Origin: Octopus vulgaris
Lineage: Eukaryota
Assembly (NCBI GenBank): GCA_951406725.2
Contig: OX597840.1
Location: 24,986,001-25,050,000, forward strand
Direction of reading: 5' to 3'
Length of the DNA stretch: 64,000 nt
The position numbers were made by a program, and so were the translations under genes. Positions 13,661 through 28,124 of the stretch are shown here, piece by piece. Within the stretch, counting starts at the first letter, position 1; every line of letters starts with the position of its first letter. Below the pieces are notes generated by a model that saw nothing but the letters and a program-made list of their open reading frames with translations, ran no database searches and was not told the origin of the DNA.

Positions 13661-13868
13661 TGAGATTAGATTAGCAACAAGAGATGTTAGGCTGTTGTGG
13701 ACATGCTTCAAAGCAGTTGCTTTATATAATCCTTAACGGATGAGGGATTTGAATTTGTAAACAGAAGAAGAAAAAATGTACTCGATAACTGTTGGAAAGT
13801 ATCTTTGTTTATTTGGCCTTTTGGCCTCCTTCGATCGTTACTCCGAATTTCACTTCATTTCTCATTAC

Positions 13869-13996
<128 letters not shown>

Positions 13997-14087
13997 ATTT
14001 ATCTGTCTGTCTGTCTATCTATTTATCTATCTATCATTATGTATTTGTGTTTGTCTATGTATGTATGTATATGTATATGTATGTATG

Positions 14088-14146
<59 letters not shown>

Positions 14147-14319
14147 TACGCATACATACACATATACACACATATTGATATGCATGTGTACATAAGCATA
14201 TACATACATATATAAATATCTATATATATATATATATTTATTTACGTATACATGTGTACGTACACTAACACGTGCGTACATTCATGCGTATATGTGTGTA
14301 TATGTGTGTGAGTAGTATC

Positions 14320-14360
<41 letters not shown>

Positions 14361-15227
14361 GCGTGTGTGTGAGTGTGTGTATGTGTGTATGTGTGTGTGT
14401 GTGTGTCACGATGTGTCTACATGACACCTTGTCTTTGGTTATAACTCCGAAGGACTCACACACCCTACCTGTCTAACAAGATTTGCCTTAAATATTTTAT
14501 TCCAAAGAGAATATATATATTTTTTTTAGTTCAATAGATTTCATCTTATTTTATCGTTTTCTATTTGTTTTTTTTTTTTGTTTTTTGTTTTTTTTTGTCT
14601 TCCGCGACACAATGCCAATTTAGTTCATAGAATTCTACATTCTAAAACCTTTGAAGCATGCATTAAAAGGAGCTGTGTTTCGGTCTGAATCAATGGTGAA
14701 ATCATAAGGCGTGTGAAGGACAAACTATTTCACCCACAAAGCCACGCACAATGGCGACCGTCTTTGTGTGTGACGCTATTTCAGCCATAATACTTTATGG
14801 AATTTTGTATTTGCTGAATAATGGCTGCTGTTCGTATGAGAAAATTATTGTAGCTTTTTTGTTGATCTATTGAAGTGGATTTCATTGAGAAAATATAAAG
14901 AGGAAGAAATGGAGATAGACGGATAGAGAGAGAGAGAAAGATAGAGAAACAGAAAGAGACGGGGGTGGGGTGGGGTGGATAGGGAAGAAAGGAAAAAGAA
15001 TTGAAGTAATAAATAATGAAAATAATAATTTTATAGATATCTATATTCACACACATATATTTGTGTGAGTATGTATATGTACATGCATTCACATATACAT
15101 ATATACATACATACATACATATATATATATATATATGCATATATATATATATGTATATATATGTATATCTATGTATGTATATATATATATGTATATATAT
15201 ATATGTATGTATATATATATATATATG

Positions 15228-15425
<198 letters not shown>

Positions 15426-15894
15426 TATGTGTATGTGTTCATGTGTGTGTATGTGGTGTGTGTGTGTTTGCTAGCGTGAAGTGGACTCGATTCAGCTGAT
15501 TGACGACAATGATCTGGTGACTGTTGATTTTAAGTACAGTTTTATGAAGTGAACTTGGGCGAGTTCGAATACGTGCAGATACCGTAGAGGGAGTGGGGAG
15601 AGGGGGAGGAGGAGGAAAGAATGTGACATTTCGAAAAAAAGAACTCTTTATATCGGAAAGAAGGGGACAGGTGTATATATATATATATATATATATTATA
15701 GGTGCAAGCTTGACTATGTGGTAGGAAACTTGCTTTCCCAACCGCATGGTTCCGGTTTCAGTCCCACAGTGTGGCTTCTTGGGCAAGTATATTTTACTAT
15801 AGGCTCGGACCGACCAAAACCTTGTCAGTGGATTTGGTAGAGGGAAACTGAAAGAAAGCCCATCATACATATATATATATATATGTACGATGGG

Positions 15895-15951
<57 letters not shown>

Positions 15952-16089
15952 AGAGAGATAGATAGATAGATACATACATACATACATATATACATACATA
16001 CATATAGACAGACAGATAGACAGACAGACAGACAGACAGATAGATAGCTAGCTAGATAGATAGATAAATGGAGATATATATATGTATAC

Positions 16090-16133
<44 letters not shown>

Positions 16134-16136
<3 letters not shown>

Positions 16137-16332
16137 GGTCCCGGGTTGAGTCAGGGTTAACCACAGTAAATAAGGTACTCAATACATAGCAGAGTAAATT
16201 AATTTATTATATAGAAGGAGCTTCTACAGGACTAGAACTGTTTCATTCAAAAGAAATCATCAGGAAGCGATGATTTCTGATGATTTCTTTTGAATGAAAC
16301 AGTTCTAGTCCTGTAGAAACTCCTTCTATATA

Positions 16333-16340
<8 letters not shown>
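16134..16340. mobile_element. (TA)n-nested fold-back HHR element
   Basis: Inverted arms ~16202-16263 / 16278-16339 with a left extension. Confidence 0.75.
16220..16268 (-). ncRNA. Type I hammerhead ribozyme
   Basis: gcttc CTGATGA t ttc tttt gaa t GAAA cag ttctagtc ctg TA gaagc: 5-bp stem I, GUA site. Confidence 0.85.
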
Positions 16341-16378
<38 letters not shown>

Positions 16379-16737
16379 TTATATACATATTTAAATACAT
16401 GTACAGAGAGAGATTAATAGATATATGTACTTATATATATATATACTCTTTATATATATATATCTGAAACAAAAAAGTCCCACGGGACGTGACTCGGTGA
16501 GTTTCGAACCCGCTGTACCTTCAACTGTGAAAGGAAGCAGAAAACGGATCAGTGAACGTTGCTCTTCTTTGAGGAAAAGAGGAAGCGTAACAACGATGAC
16601 CACATTTGATGTTTCAATGTCAAACTTGTAACCCGTCGACTGGAGAGAAAGGCCATGTCTAGCGAGGCAAACACAAAAAAATGTTGCCGCCAAAAGAAAT
16701 ATTCCTGAGTGCATTTTGAATAAATACTGTCTCACTC

Positions 16738-17168
16738 ATGTATGTATGTATGTATGTATGTATGTATGTATGTATGTATGTATGTATGTATGTATGTATG
16801 TATGTATGTATGTATGTATGTATGTATGTATGTATGTGTGTATGTGTGTTTGTATGTATGTATGTGTGTATGTGTGTACGTATGTATGTGTGTATGTATG
16901 TATTTGTATGTGTATGTATGTGTATGTGTGTATGTATGTATGTATGTGTGTATGTGAGTATGTATGTGTGTATGTGTGTATGTATGTATGTGTGTGTATA
17001 TATGTGTGTATGTATGTGTGTTTCTATGTATGTATGTATGTTTGTATGTGTGTATGTGTGTGTGTATGTATGTGTGTATGTGTGTATGTATGTGTGTATG
17101 TGTATATGTATGTGTGTATGTGTGTATGTATGTGTATATGTGTGTATGTATGTGTATGTGTATATGAT

Positions 17169-17199
<31 letters not shown>

Positions 17200-17550
17200 A
17201 TGTATGTATGTGTATGTGTATGTATGTATGTATGTATGTATATATGTATGTGTGTATGTATGTATGTATGTGTGTGTATGCATGTATGTATGTATGTATG
17301 TGTGTATGTATGTATGTATGTGTGTGTGTATGTATGTATGTATGTATGTATGTATGTATGTATGTATATATGTATGTGTGTATGTATGTATGTATGTATG
17401 TATGTATGTATGTATGTATGTATGTATGTGTGTGTATGCATGTATATATGTATGTATGTGTATGTATGTATGTATGTATGTGTATATGTATGTATGCATG
17501 TGTGTGTGTATATGTATGCATGTATGTATGTGTATTTATGTACGTATGTG
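16738..17550. repeat. (TATG)n microsatellite
   Basis: Directly visible. Confidence 0.95.
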
Positions 17551-17686
17551 CGCGTATATATTTCTATCTGTAGGTGTGTTTATGTATTTATATCTGTAGG
17601 CGTATAAAAATATATTTGTAGTTATATAATTTTAGTTTGTCATATCATTATATAGGATGTAAATAGCAAAATAACTTCATATAATC

Positions 17687-17793
17687 TAAACCTGAAGATT
17701 GACAATATAATCGTTATAATATGGTATTGTATTTCGAGACCTTCTATTTCAGCAATATCGAGGAATATATCGTCATGAAACGCGCGTAGTCTA
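17687..17793 (+). ncRNA. Type I hammerhead with a long stem II insertion, in an AT-rich element at ~17595-18071
   Basis: taaac CTGAAGA t tgac...gtca t GAAA cgcgcg TA gtcta. Confidence 0.72.
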
Positions 17794-18068
17794 TATAATG
17801 TAATGTATATAATTGAGAATAAGAATTATAGGTATTAATTTTGATAATTTTTTAATATTTAGTCCTATATTTAATATTTAATATTTATTTTAATATCGAT
17901 CTATCGTGGATAATGTCGTTCAATGATGATTGAGATTGCTTGAGGTTTATTCTGTCTCTTAAACCTATATATTTATACGTATATAATACAGTGAGTAATT
18001 TATTTCAGTACCACTAAATTGAACTTTCCCCCGCAGACTCGGAAATAACTTCCCTAATATTAATATTA

Positions 18069-18103
<35 letters not shown>

Positions 18104-18296
18104 GTGTGTGTGTGTTTACACTTATGTATATGTATATATATATATATATGCAGGTACAAACATACATACTTGTATATAGGTATGTGTGTACATGTGTCTG
18201 CATGTGTATGTATATATGTATATATGTACATGTACATACTTAGATATATATATGCATATATATATAAATATACATACACGCGTGTATATACATACG

Positions 18297-18348
<52 letters not shown>

Positions 18349-18621
18349 TATATATATATATATATGCACACACACGTGAATATATATGTGTGTGTACATA
18401 CACACTCACATGCACACACGCGCTCGCGCATGCGCACGCACGGAATATGCTTCCGTTGATTGCAATGTGGCAACAAATGGCTGCTTCTGTTGAAAGACGA
18501 CCATATGCCGTCATCTCTGATTTATTGCTTCAATTCAATTCCAGCCCCACCTCATCATCAAACCACAAAATTACCACCCTTAACTAAAAAAAAACCCCAA
18601 AAAACAAAAAACAATTATATG

Positions 18622-18658
<37 letters not shown>

Positions 18659-19233
18659 ACACATACACACACATGCATACACATACAGAGGCATATATAC
18701 ACGGAGATATTCTGCGACACGTACATACATACGTCCGTACCATACACTGCTTTCATGGCGAAACATGTTTTTTTTTCTGTAGTAGAAGCTTGATCGTAAA
18801 TCCGTGTGCCGAGGCGTGTGTATTATAAACCGTGCAAAGTCTCCAGAAGGATTAACGTGTCTTGTTAATCTACAATGATTCATAATCTGATTCCAATGAA
18901 AGGAAACACAAAAAAAGGAAAAAAATACATATAAATTAAAATATAAAAAAATGCAACAAAATATATTTTAATAAAAAATTAAATTAAAATATTAATAAAG
19001 TCTACACTACACGTGTGTGTATTTATATGTTGGGGTGTGTATATATATATATATTGCGTGTATATATATATATATATATAATTTTCTTATTCTATATATA
19101 TATATATACATACACACGCACACACATATGCATAGAGAGATATACACACACGTAAACACACATATATAATACACACACATATACACACATATATACAGAT
19201 ACATATATAATACATAATACATACACACACGTC

Positions 19234-19267
<34 letters not shown>

Positions 19268-19272
19268 TATAC

Positions 19273-19328
<56 letters not shown>

Positions 19329-19562
19329 GCTCACGTATATATTGTTATCCTTGCTTCTGTCATTAGTCGTTTTGACGGATTTAGTTGATCAAATCGACCC
19401 TGGCACTTATAATGATTTTTTAAGATTGCAACTTATTCCATCGGGTCGCTTTTGGTGAACCGCTAAGTTACTAGGACGTAAGCAAGCGAGAGGTGTTTCC
19501 TAGTAATTAATGTACAAAGGCAGACACGCGAGCGCCCAGACGTAGACATAACCGTATTTTTG

Positions 19563-19659
<97 letters not shown>

Positions 19660-19694
19660 CATATGTATACATACACATATATATATATGTATGT

Positions 19695-20127
19695 ATATGG
19701 CGATAACAATTAATTTCCAGTAACGCTGCCGTAATCTCTTTTAGAGAGACTTAGTAATTTTAATATTTCTATTATTGAAAACAAGTGGATGTATTCCACC
19801 GAAACTAGGTAAATAAAACCTTCGAACAGAGACGATCAGTGGCGACACCTGCTGGGTCGACTACGCTACATTGACAAAGGGCAAATACCCTGAAACGCGT
19901 CTGTAGCTATCTGACTGGCAGTGTGAAGCGGCTGACCTCCCTTGTTCGAAGGTTATAATGGACACAATTTGTGTGTCAAATAGCTATCTTAAGGCGATGG
20001 CCTCATGGAGCTAATCAGCGACAGCTTTTAGTCTTATATCTATAAGACTGCCATATTAATATGGCGATAACAATTAATTTCCAGTAACGCTGCCGTAATC
20101 TCTTTTAGAGAGACTTAGTAATTTTAA

Positions 20128-20136
<9 letters not shown>
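19695..20136 (+). mobile_element. Retrozyme-like element: 364-bp unit plus a 78-bp terminal redundancy, in (TA)n
   Basis: Direct repeat 19695-19772 / 20059-20136; internal HHR and several hairpins. Confidence 0.8.
19865..19907 (+). ncRNA. Type I minimal hammerhead, U3-A8 covariant core
   Basis: gctaca TTGACAA aggg caaata ccct GAAA cgcg TC tgtagc. Confidence 0.85.
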
Positions 20137-20186
<50 letters not shown>

Positions 20187-20191
<5 letters not shown>

Positions 20192-20317
20192 AAATTAGAG
20201 ATAAATTAAAAGTGGTTTTATCTCTAATTTAATTTATATTTATACTGTAAAATTAGATTTAATCCTAAATCTAATTTTTCCCTGTAAGTTTGGATCTACT
20301 CCCTAATATTATTATTA
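20187..20317 (+). mobile_element. Truncated fold-back relative of the 23915 element
   Basis: Shares AGTGGTTTT.TCTCTAATT...GATTTAATCCTAAATCT...CCCTAATATT with 24138-24250. Confidence 0.65.
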
Positions 20318-20318
20318 T

Positions 20319-20354
<36 letters not shown>

Positions 20355-20590
20355 GATGGGCTTCTGCACAATTTCCGTTCATCGTATTCGCTTAGAAGTC
20401 TTTGGTCAGCCCGGGGCTATAGTAGAAGACACCTTCTTAGTTTTGCCTCCATATGTGTGTCTGTGTTGGTATGTGTGCGCATGCGTATGTCTGTGTGTGT
20501 ATGTGTGTGTGTGTGAAGTACATGTGTTATACGTATGGGATTTTATTTTTAAATATATCGATTTAGATGTATCCGTTAGTGTATGTATCT

Positions 20591-20932
20591 AAAAAGACCC
20601 CCTTCGTTCATGAATAACCATGAGACTGCACTTCGAAAGTTCCCTTCCAAGGCACAAGTCCGGGCAACGTTGTTTATGGAAGACCAGCAGTCGCCCATTC
20701 ATAGTAGCCTCTCCTTTCCACTTCACTGATGTTATCTGAGGGAAAGACAAAGGGGTCGATACAGCTTGGCCGTCAGTGACGTCGCAACTCATTTATACAG
20801 CTGAATAAACCAGAGCAACTTGAAATTAAATACCTCGCTCAAGAACACGACACACAACCCAGTCCGGAAATCGAACACGCTACCCTCATGATTGTAAACC
20901 CGACGCTCTAACCATTGAGCCATGCACCTCCA
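20591..20932 (-). mobile_element. tRNA-derived SINE, family D (diverged)
   Basis: Minus strand TGGAGGTGCATGGCTCAATGGTTAGAGCG...GTTCGATTTCC followed by a CORE-like TTCTTGAGCGAGG segment. Confidence 0.7.
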
Positions 20933-20975
20933 CAATATGTGTGTAAAATTTATTGATATACTGCGTTCATTTATA

Positions 20976-21605
20976 CTAGTGGGATCTGTGAATATTTCAC
21001 AGAATTAACGGTAAAGTTATTGAGTTATTTCTGAAAACTTTACCCGACAAACCTGAAAGCGTAGCCAGTGGGTTGTGTCTGTATCAAAGATTGTCACTCA
21101 CCTACTTTTCATTGAAAAGTGAACGAAACCGGAATACGATGATTACTTAATGCACTTTATATATAAAGTTTACATACCTTATGCACAATTTTTATAGACT
21201 TAACGCACAGAACTTTCCCTCTTTCTCTCACTCACTCTTCACATTACCCTCTTTTTCTTTCTCCGTTTTCTTTCGCTCTTTGCCTTTCCCTTCAACTAAT
21301 CTCATGAAAGCGTTACAGACGGGCTAAGTAACGGAGGAAAAAAAACTTAGTTGAAAATATTATACATTTCACTCACCACCACCACCACCAACAACAACAA
21401 CAACTCTCCTTCCCCTTTCCACTTCTCTCTTCTCCAGCATCTCCCCTCCCTTCCCTTCCACATCCCCGCCCTTCAACCTCTCCCTCTTCTTACCCCACCT
21501 ACCATCCATCTCCTCACCTCCTCTCCCCCTCACCCCTTCAACTAAGCACGTAGAAGCGTTACGGACGGGCTAAGTAACGGAGGAACAAGCAGATTTATAA
21601 TAAGA
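20976..21605 (-). mobile_element. Non-autonomous Helitron
   Basis: Minus strand begins A|TC TTATTATAAA and ends with hairpin CTGTGAA/TTCACAG then CTAG|T; internal direct repeat at 21310-21340 / 21555-21585. Confidence 0.75.
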
Positions 21606-22231
21606 TGTAAATAGAACTAAAAAGTAGTAAGGGGGGGGGCTAACTCAAATGTACCAATGACATAGATTAGAATAATTCAGATGGGATTGTTCTATATGTC
21701 GTACATAAAATAATTTTACAATTATTTGAAAGTTCTTTTTGCTCACAGAACGAAAAAGAACCATGTGGCTAAAAGAAAACGTTCATTTTAAGAAGCTAAA
21801 ATAAATTTAGTCAGTTAACTTAGGGAGAGGAAATATGATGTTTGTTTACAAACAAGGGATAACTATGGACATGTTTCTTTTTATTATAACTCATCAGTGG
21901 ATAAATTTTTACAAATACAGAAAATACGAATATTTTTTTGTGCCACAGTAAAATGCAAATAAAATGCATAATTATAAATAACTTTAGCCAAGGGAAATAA
22001 TTCCAATAGGCTAATGACATGAATTGGAATAATCAAGTGGTAAGTAACTTGCTTACCAGCCACATGGTTCCGGGTTCAGTTCCATTGCGTGGCACTTTGG
22101 GCAAGTGTCTTCTGCTATAGCCCCGGGCCAACCAATGCCTTGTGAGTGGATTTGGTAGACGGAAACTGAAAAAAAGGCTCCAAAGAATATAGAGAATATA
22201 TTGACGAAACAAGACGCTTGCAGTCTAGTCA

Positions 22232-22617
22232 TCTCTCTATATATAAACGGTAATTTGTCTGTGTGCGTGTCTGTGTGTCTGTCAGGTTGTACCCTCACCC
22301 TGACCACGGATTTCAACCGATTCTGATGAAACTTGACACACACATAGCCCAATGTCATAATTCAAAACTAACGCAGCGAAAATTTTGAAAAGTTCCCCCA
22401 GTTCTGAAAAAAATCGATAAATTCGACATGGGGTCGAGAATCAGAAACACAAACCACAGACTGTCTAGGGGACGCAACTCGACCTTTTTTAACTCTCAAA
22501 AAAAAATTTACCATCATTTTTTTTCCATTTTTTTGCTATTTTTTGGCTATAACTCTCTAAAAATGCTTTATAGTTATTTCCCTTACAAACCTGAGCAACG
22601 CCGGGCGATACTGCTAG
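22232..22617 (+). mobile_element. Non-autonomous Helitron
   Basis: A|TC start, subterminal GC-rich hairpin, CTAG|T end; second copy at 58192. Confidence 0.88.
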
Positions 22618-23136
22618 TTTGAAGATAAAAATAGCATGTCTAATAATTAAAAAAGCTACGAGGGTGTATGGCTTTGCATAGTCTTTGTTTTTGGCATCAA
22701 GAAAATGGACCTTGGGAGGTTCTTTAGAGTAGGTATTTAGTATTTTTGGAAGGAATTGATGTTGGGGGAAAAATCTTTCATCATCAAATTAAAGGGATTA
22801 GATTCCAAGACTTCAACGTCCTTCATTTGGTAGGTATGTGATGGGGGTAGTTTCAAATTTTGAATCCTTACTTGCCTGCGAATATCCGGTAATCTCTTCC
22901 TCTCAAAAGAAGCCTCTCCAATGCCCGGTACTGGTTATGCCTTCCGTTCTTTTCAAGACCTACCACGCAGAACATCCTGCATGATATTCACTCGTATATT
23001 CTCCAGAAAATAAAGGGGTTGGGTAGTGAAATCGAAGCTTTGGCACCTTCAAACGGTTATTCACGGTTTATACACAGGAGTGAAAAAGATGACTGCTGGA
23101 AGTGCACTCAATACACCACGCAGAGTATATATTTGA

Positions 23137-23552
23137 AGGCGGCGAGCTGGGCGAAACGTTAGCACGCCGGGCGAAATGTGTAGCCGTATTTCGTCTGTCG
23201 TTACGTTCTGAGTTCAAATTCTGCCGAGGTCGACTTTGCCTTTCATCCTTTCGGGGTCGATAAATTAAGTACCAGTTACGCACTGGGGTCGATGTAATCG
23301 ACTTAATACCTATGTCTGTCCTTGTTTGTTCCCTCTTTGTTTAGCTCCTTGTGGGTAGTAAAGAAATAGGTATTTCGTCTGCCGTTACGTTCTGAGTTCA
23401 AATTCTGCCGAGGTCGACTTTGCCTTTCATCCTTTCGGGGTCGATAAATTAAGTACCAGTTACGCACTGGGGTTGATGTAATCGACTTAATACCTATGCC
23501 TGTCCTTGTTTGTCCCCTCTGTGTTTAGCCCCTGGTGGGTAGTAAAGAAATA
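23137..23552 (+). mobile_element. SINE family B with a tandem headless second unit (184 bp)
   Basis: GTATTTCGTCTG occurs at 23186 and again at 23370. Confidence 0.88.
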
Positions 23553-23826
23553 TATATTTAAAGGGAAAATATTTAGTGATTGACGGATCTGCTATACGGA
23601 ATTCCACCAGTTTGATCAGTCAGAAAATGTAAGGAAATGAATAACGCTCTGTTAGCAGAGCAATAGAGGAGTCGATTCACATTGGTCAAGGAAGATCTTT
23701 TGGTCAATGTGCAACACAACCAAGGCAACTAACATGTACACGGAGAAAACTTCGTCCACAGTTGTGGTCATCAAAGGTAGATGCCTACGACACGCATAAA
23801 TCCCGATCTCTCTCTCTCTCTCTTTC

Positions 23827-23889
<63 letters not shown>

Positions 23890-23914
23890 ATATAAAATGT
23901 ATATATATATATAT

Positions 23915-24250
23915 ATATAATATTAATTAGAGACAAAACCACTATTTTGCAAAACAAACAAGGAAAGACTTAATCAATACATAAAATTTTAATAAAAAGT
24001 AAAAAACCCGCCACTACAATTGTTTCTTGTCCTGATCGACAATCTTCAGGACAAGAAACAATTGTAGTGGCGGGTTTTTTACTTTTTATTAAAATTTTAT
24101 GTATTGATTAAGTCTTTCCTTGTTTGTTTTGCAAAATAGTGGTTTTGTCTCTAATTAATATTATATAATATTTTACTATAAAATTGGATTTAATCCTAAA
24201 TCTGATTTTTTTCCTGTAATTTTGGATTTATTCCCTAATATTTATTATTA
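23915..24250. mobile_element. (TA)n-nested fold-back HHR element
   Basis: Near-perfect arms 23915-24035 / 24046-24166; minus 24011-24050 reads c CTGAAGA ttgtc gatcag gacaa GAAA caattg TA gtgg, with the 5' strand of stem I lost at the axis. Confidence 0.8.
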
Positions 24251-24495
24251 TATATATATATATATATATACACATAACATAATAGGTGTATTTTTTCTTG
24301 TTTTAGTCATTTGACTGCGGCCATACCGGAGCACCATCATGAAGGGCTCTTTAGTCAAACAAATCAATCCCAGGACATTTTTTAAGCTTGTTACTCATTC
24401 TATCGGTCTCTTGTGCCGAACCGCTAAGTCGCGAGGACGTGAACACACTAAAACTGGTGAGGTGAGGGGCGAACACAGACACAAAGACACGCGCA

Positions 24496-24585
<90 letters not shown>

Positions 24586-24841
24586 TAAGAAAATGGAGGA
24601 ACAGATTCATTTCAATCATCGACTTACAGATATTACCAATTCATATTATTTATTAACTACTTCAATAGGAACATCCAAATCCAACAAAATAAAACAATAT
24701 ACATCAATAAGTAAGATAATACCAAAAAGTAATACACATAAAATGGATCTTACAGCTGTTTTAGCCTGTAGATAAAGGTATCTCATTCTGCCTCTATTAG
24801 TCAGATGTATTGAGGTAATATGCAGTTAAAAATGAGTTACT

Positions 24842-24874
<33 letters not shown>

Positions 24875-24890
24875 TTATGTATATATATAT

Positions 24891-24983
<93 letters not shown>

Positions 24984-25057
24984 TGAAGGTTCTGAGACGG
25001 TATAAAGATAGCGTATTTCCAGTGCATTACTTAACCCGAGCTTTAAGTTATCTACAC

Positions 25058-25392
25058 CAGGGGTTCTCAACCATTTTTTTGTCTGTTGAACCCCTTTGGT
25101 TACTATTTTATTCTGGTGGATTCCCATAGTCATTCGATGTTTAAAACCTAGTCTTACAGAAACTTCTTTCAAAATTCCCATTTTACTTTTTACACATTAA
25201 CTTGTGAAGGTTGAACTTTGTAAAGTGTTGGAGAGAGAAACCCGGTTGTTTCTTTTCAATATACACCAATGCATGCTATCTAAAGCAAAATGTTTTCAAG
25301 GACCCCTTTAATTACTATTGTGGATCTTCAATTTACCGTTTTGCCGTGTGGATTCCACAAAATATTATAGGGACCCCGATTGAGAACCACTG
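25058..25392. mobile_element. hAT (Charlie-like) MITE
   Basis: TIRs CAGGGGTTCTCAA / TTGAGAACCACTG; imperfect 8-bp TSD ATCTACAC / ACCTGCAC. Confidence 0.75.
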
Positions 25393-25466
25393 ACCTGCAC
25401 TGACTGATTCGAGAATAATATAGAAATTCTTCAGGTGTACAAAATCCACGATTCACAACGTTAATA

Positions 25467-25697
25467 CCTATTTCTTTATTACCCTCAAGGGGCTAAACAC
25501 AGAGGGGACAAACAAGGACAGACATAGGTATTAAGTCGATTACATCGACCCCCAGTGTGTAACTGGTACTTAATTTATCGACCCCGATAAGATGAAAGGC
25601 AAAGTCGACCTCGGCGGAATTTGAACTCACAACGTAACGCAGACGAAATACCGCTAAGCATTTCATCCGGCGTGCTAACGGTTCTGCCAGCTCGCCG
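25467..25697 (-). mobile_element. SINE family B
   Basis: Full head and tail. Confidence 0.88.
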
Positions 25698-25805
25698 TTG
25701 TGTGGGTTTAACGATGAGTAAAATAGAATGAAAATAAGAAGACGAGGAAAGACTTCAACACATCTTTAAAGATGTGTCGAAGTCTTTCTTTCTCTTCTTA
25801 TTTGG

Positions 25806-25872
<67 letters not shown>

Positions 25873-26079
25873 GACACAAGCACACGTCAATGCAATGACA
25901 CACCTACACATATGTATTCTGTACAAAAGTTGTTGTTTCGCAAATAAATGAGAGCGGGAGAACTCAATACAGATCATAAAGTATATGATTTAACTATAGG
26001 AAATTCCTTTCTCGCGACTCGAGTTTCACGTGTACGGGCGTATATGCACGCATGCGTGCACACATGTGCATATTTGTAC

Positions 26080-26110
<31 letters not shown>

Positions 26111-26150
26111 TATACATATATACATATATACATATATATATATATATATG

Positions 26151-26183
<33 letters not shown>

Positions 26184-26218
26184 GCGTGTGTATATATAAA
26201 TGTATATATGTATATATA

Positions 26219-26267
<49 letters not shown>

Positions 26268-26332
26268 GCATGTATATATATGCATATATATGCATGTATA
26301 TATATATATGTGTGTGTGTATATATATGTATA

Positions 26333-26418
<86 letters not shown>

Positions 26419-26688
26419 CATAATAATACATATAAATAATGATGATGTATATTCGGAGCTCTGTGGTAGATCAAAACATTAGTACCAAGATGATATTGTT
26501 ACCGACGTTTCGTATTTCCTACTCTCATTTTCAATGATTTATTAACCGCAATACTTGGGCAAAAAATACTTTTAATTTAGCAGTCAGCGGTGAGAAGATA
26601 TTCCCATATTTCCACCCACCCCACCTCCACCTTTCTCTCCATCCCACACCATCTTTCTCACTCCTTAGCAATACATGCATATGTATGC

Positions 26689-26768
<80 letters not shown>

Positions 26769-27020
26769 ATATGTATATAAAAACATATATATACATATAT
26801 ATAGATATATACGGAGAGAGACAGATTTATATATGCATATATATATATATATTTATATATATGTATATGTATATAAAAACATATATATATACATATATAT
26901 AGAGAGAGATATAGGGAGAGAGAGATTTATATATGCATATATATATATATATGTATGTATGTATATATATGCATATATATATATGTATATATATATATGT
27001 GTATATGTATATATTTATTT

Positions 27021-27079
<59 letters not shown>

Positions 27080-27392
27080 ATATATATATACACATATACA
27101 GATGAGTGTGTGTGTGTGTGTGTGTGTATGTGTGCAGGTAGAGTGTGTGTGTCTCATCATATGCTAATATGAACGACGTCGGTTTTGTAGGACTTCTCGC
27201 CCGTTTGGGCGTATCTACGACAGCGCAGAAGTGTAACGAGTGTTTCTGTTCTACACTTGGATTGGGTGTGAATTGCTTGTTTGTTGATACAAGAGAAATC
27301 CAAAGAAGCCAGACACCCCATTACACGAATATACATACTTACACACGCTATATAAATATACATACATGCATATATAATATATATATACAAGC

Positions 27393-27469
<77 letters not shown>

Positions 27470-27594
27470 CTTATATATGCACATGTAATACAATCTCGAC
27501 GCATATATAATTTGTGTAATATACTTAATGTAGTTATATACACTTGTCCATGCTTGCGCGCGCACACACACACACACACGCATACACACGTACA

Positions 27595-27693
<99 letters not shown>

Positions 27694-27702
27694 TTATATA
27701 TT

Positions 27703-27733
<31 letters not shown>

Positions 27734-27746
27734 TTATATATTTATA

Positions 27747-27807
<61 letters not shown>

Positions 27808-28124
27808 TTTTATTAATATTCATCAAAAGCAATAGAGCAGCGTATATAAATATAAATTTACAGATACCTTTATGTGTGTGTATATATATATGTGTGTGTA
27901 TGCGTGCACACACATATATATACACTGAGAGAGAGAGAGAGAGAGAGAAACATATATGCATAAAATTTGTAATTCATTAAATATGCATTTGTCTGTATCT
28001 AGATATCTCTCTCTAAATGTATACGCACACACACACACAAACACACACACACACACACACACATACACACACACGTGCGTCTTTTATCTTTAAGGAATTT
28101 CTGTCGTTCGAATTTAAGTCGAAC

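Noticed and set aside
16391-16735. ORF with a signal-peptide-like start (MHSGIFLLAATFFCVCLA)
   Set aside because: No recognisable domain, it runs into TA repeat, and there is no splice support; an exon cannot be excluded without RNA data.
22323-22332. CTGATGAAAC inside the Helitron
   Set aside because: No stem II or flanking stems; a chance match.
24745-24770. Minus-strand AAAAcagctgTA as a hammerhead 3' half (similar trace at 43213-43230)
   Set aside because: G12 or the GAAA is altered and no CUGANGA half was found.
25733-25803. Short hairpin next to (CA)n
   Set aside because: Single copy, with no TSD or motif to classify it.
26501-26539. Minus-strand TTGAAAA...gta/tac GAAA cg TC hammerhead-like motif
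   Set aside because: Stem I barely pairs and stem II is misregistered; at best a decayed copy.
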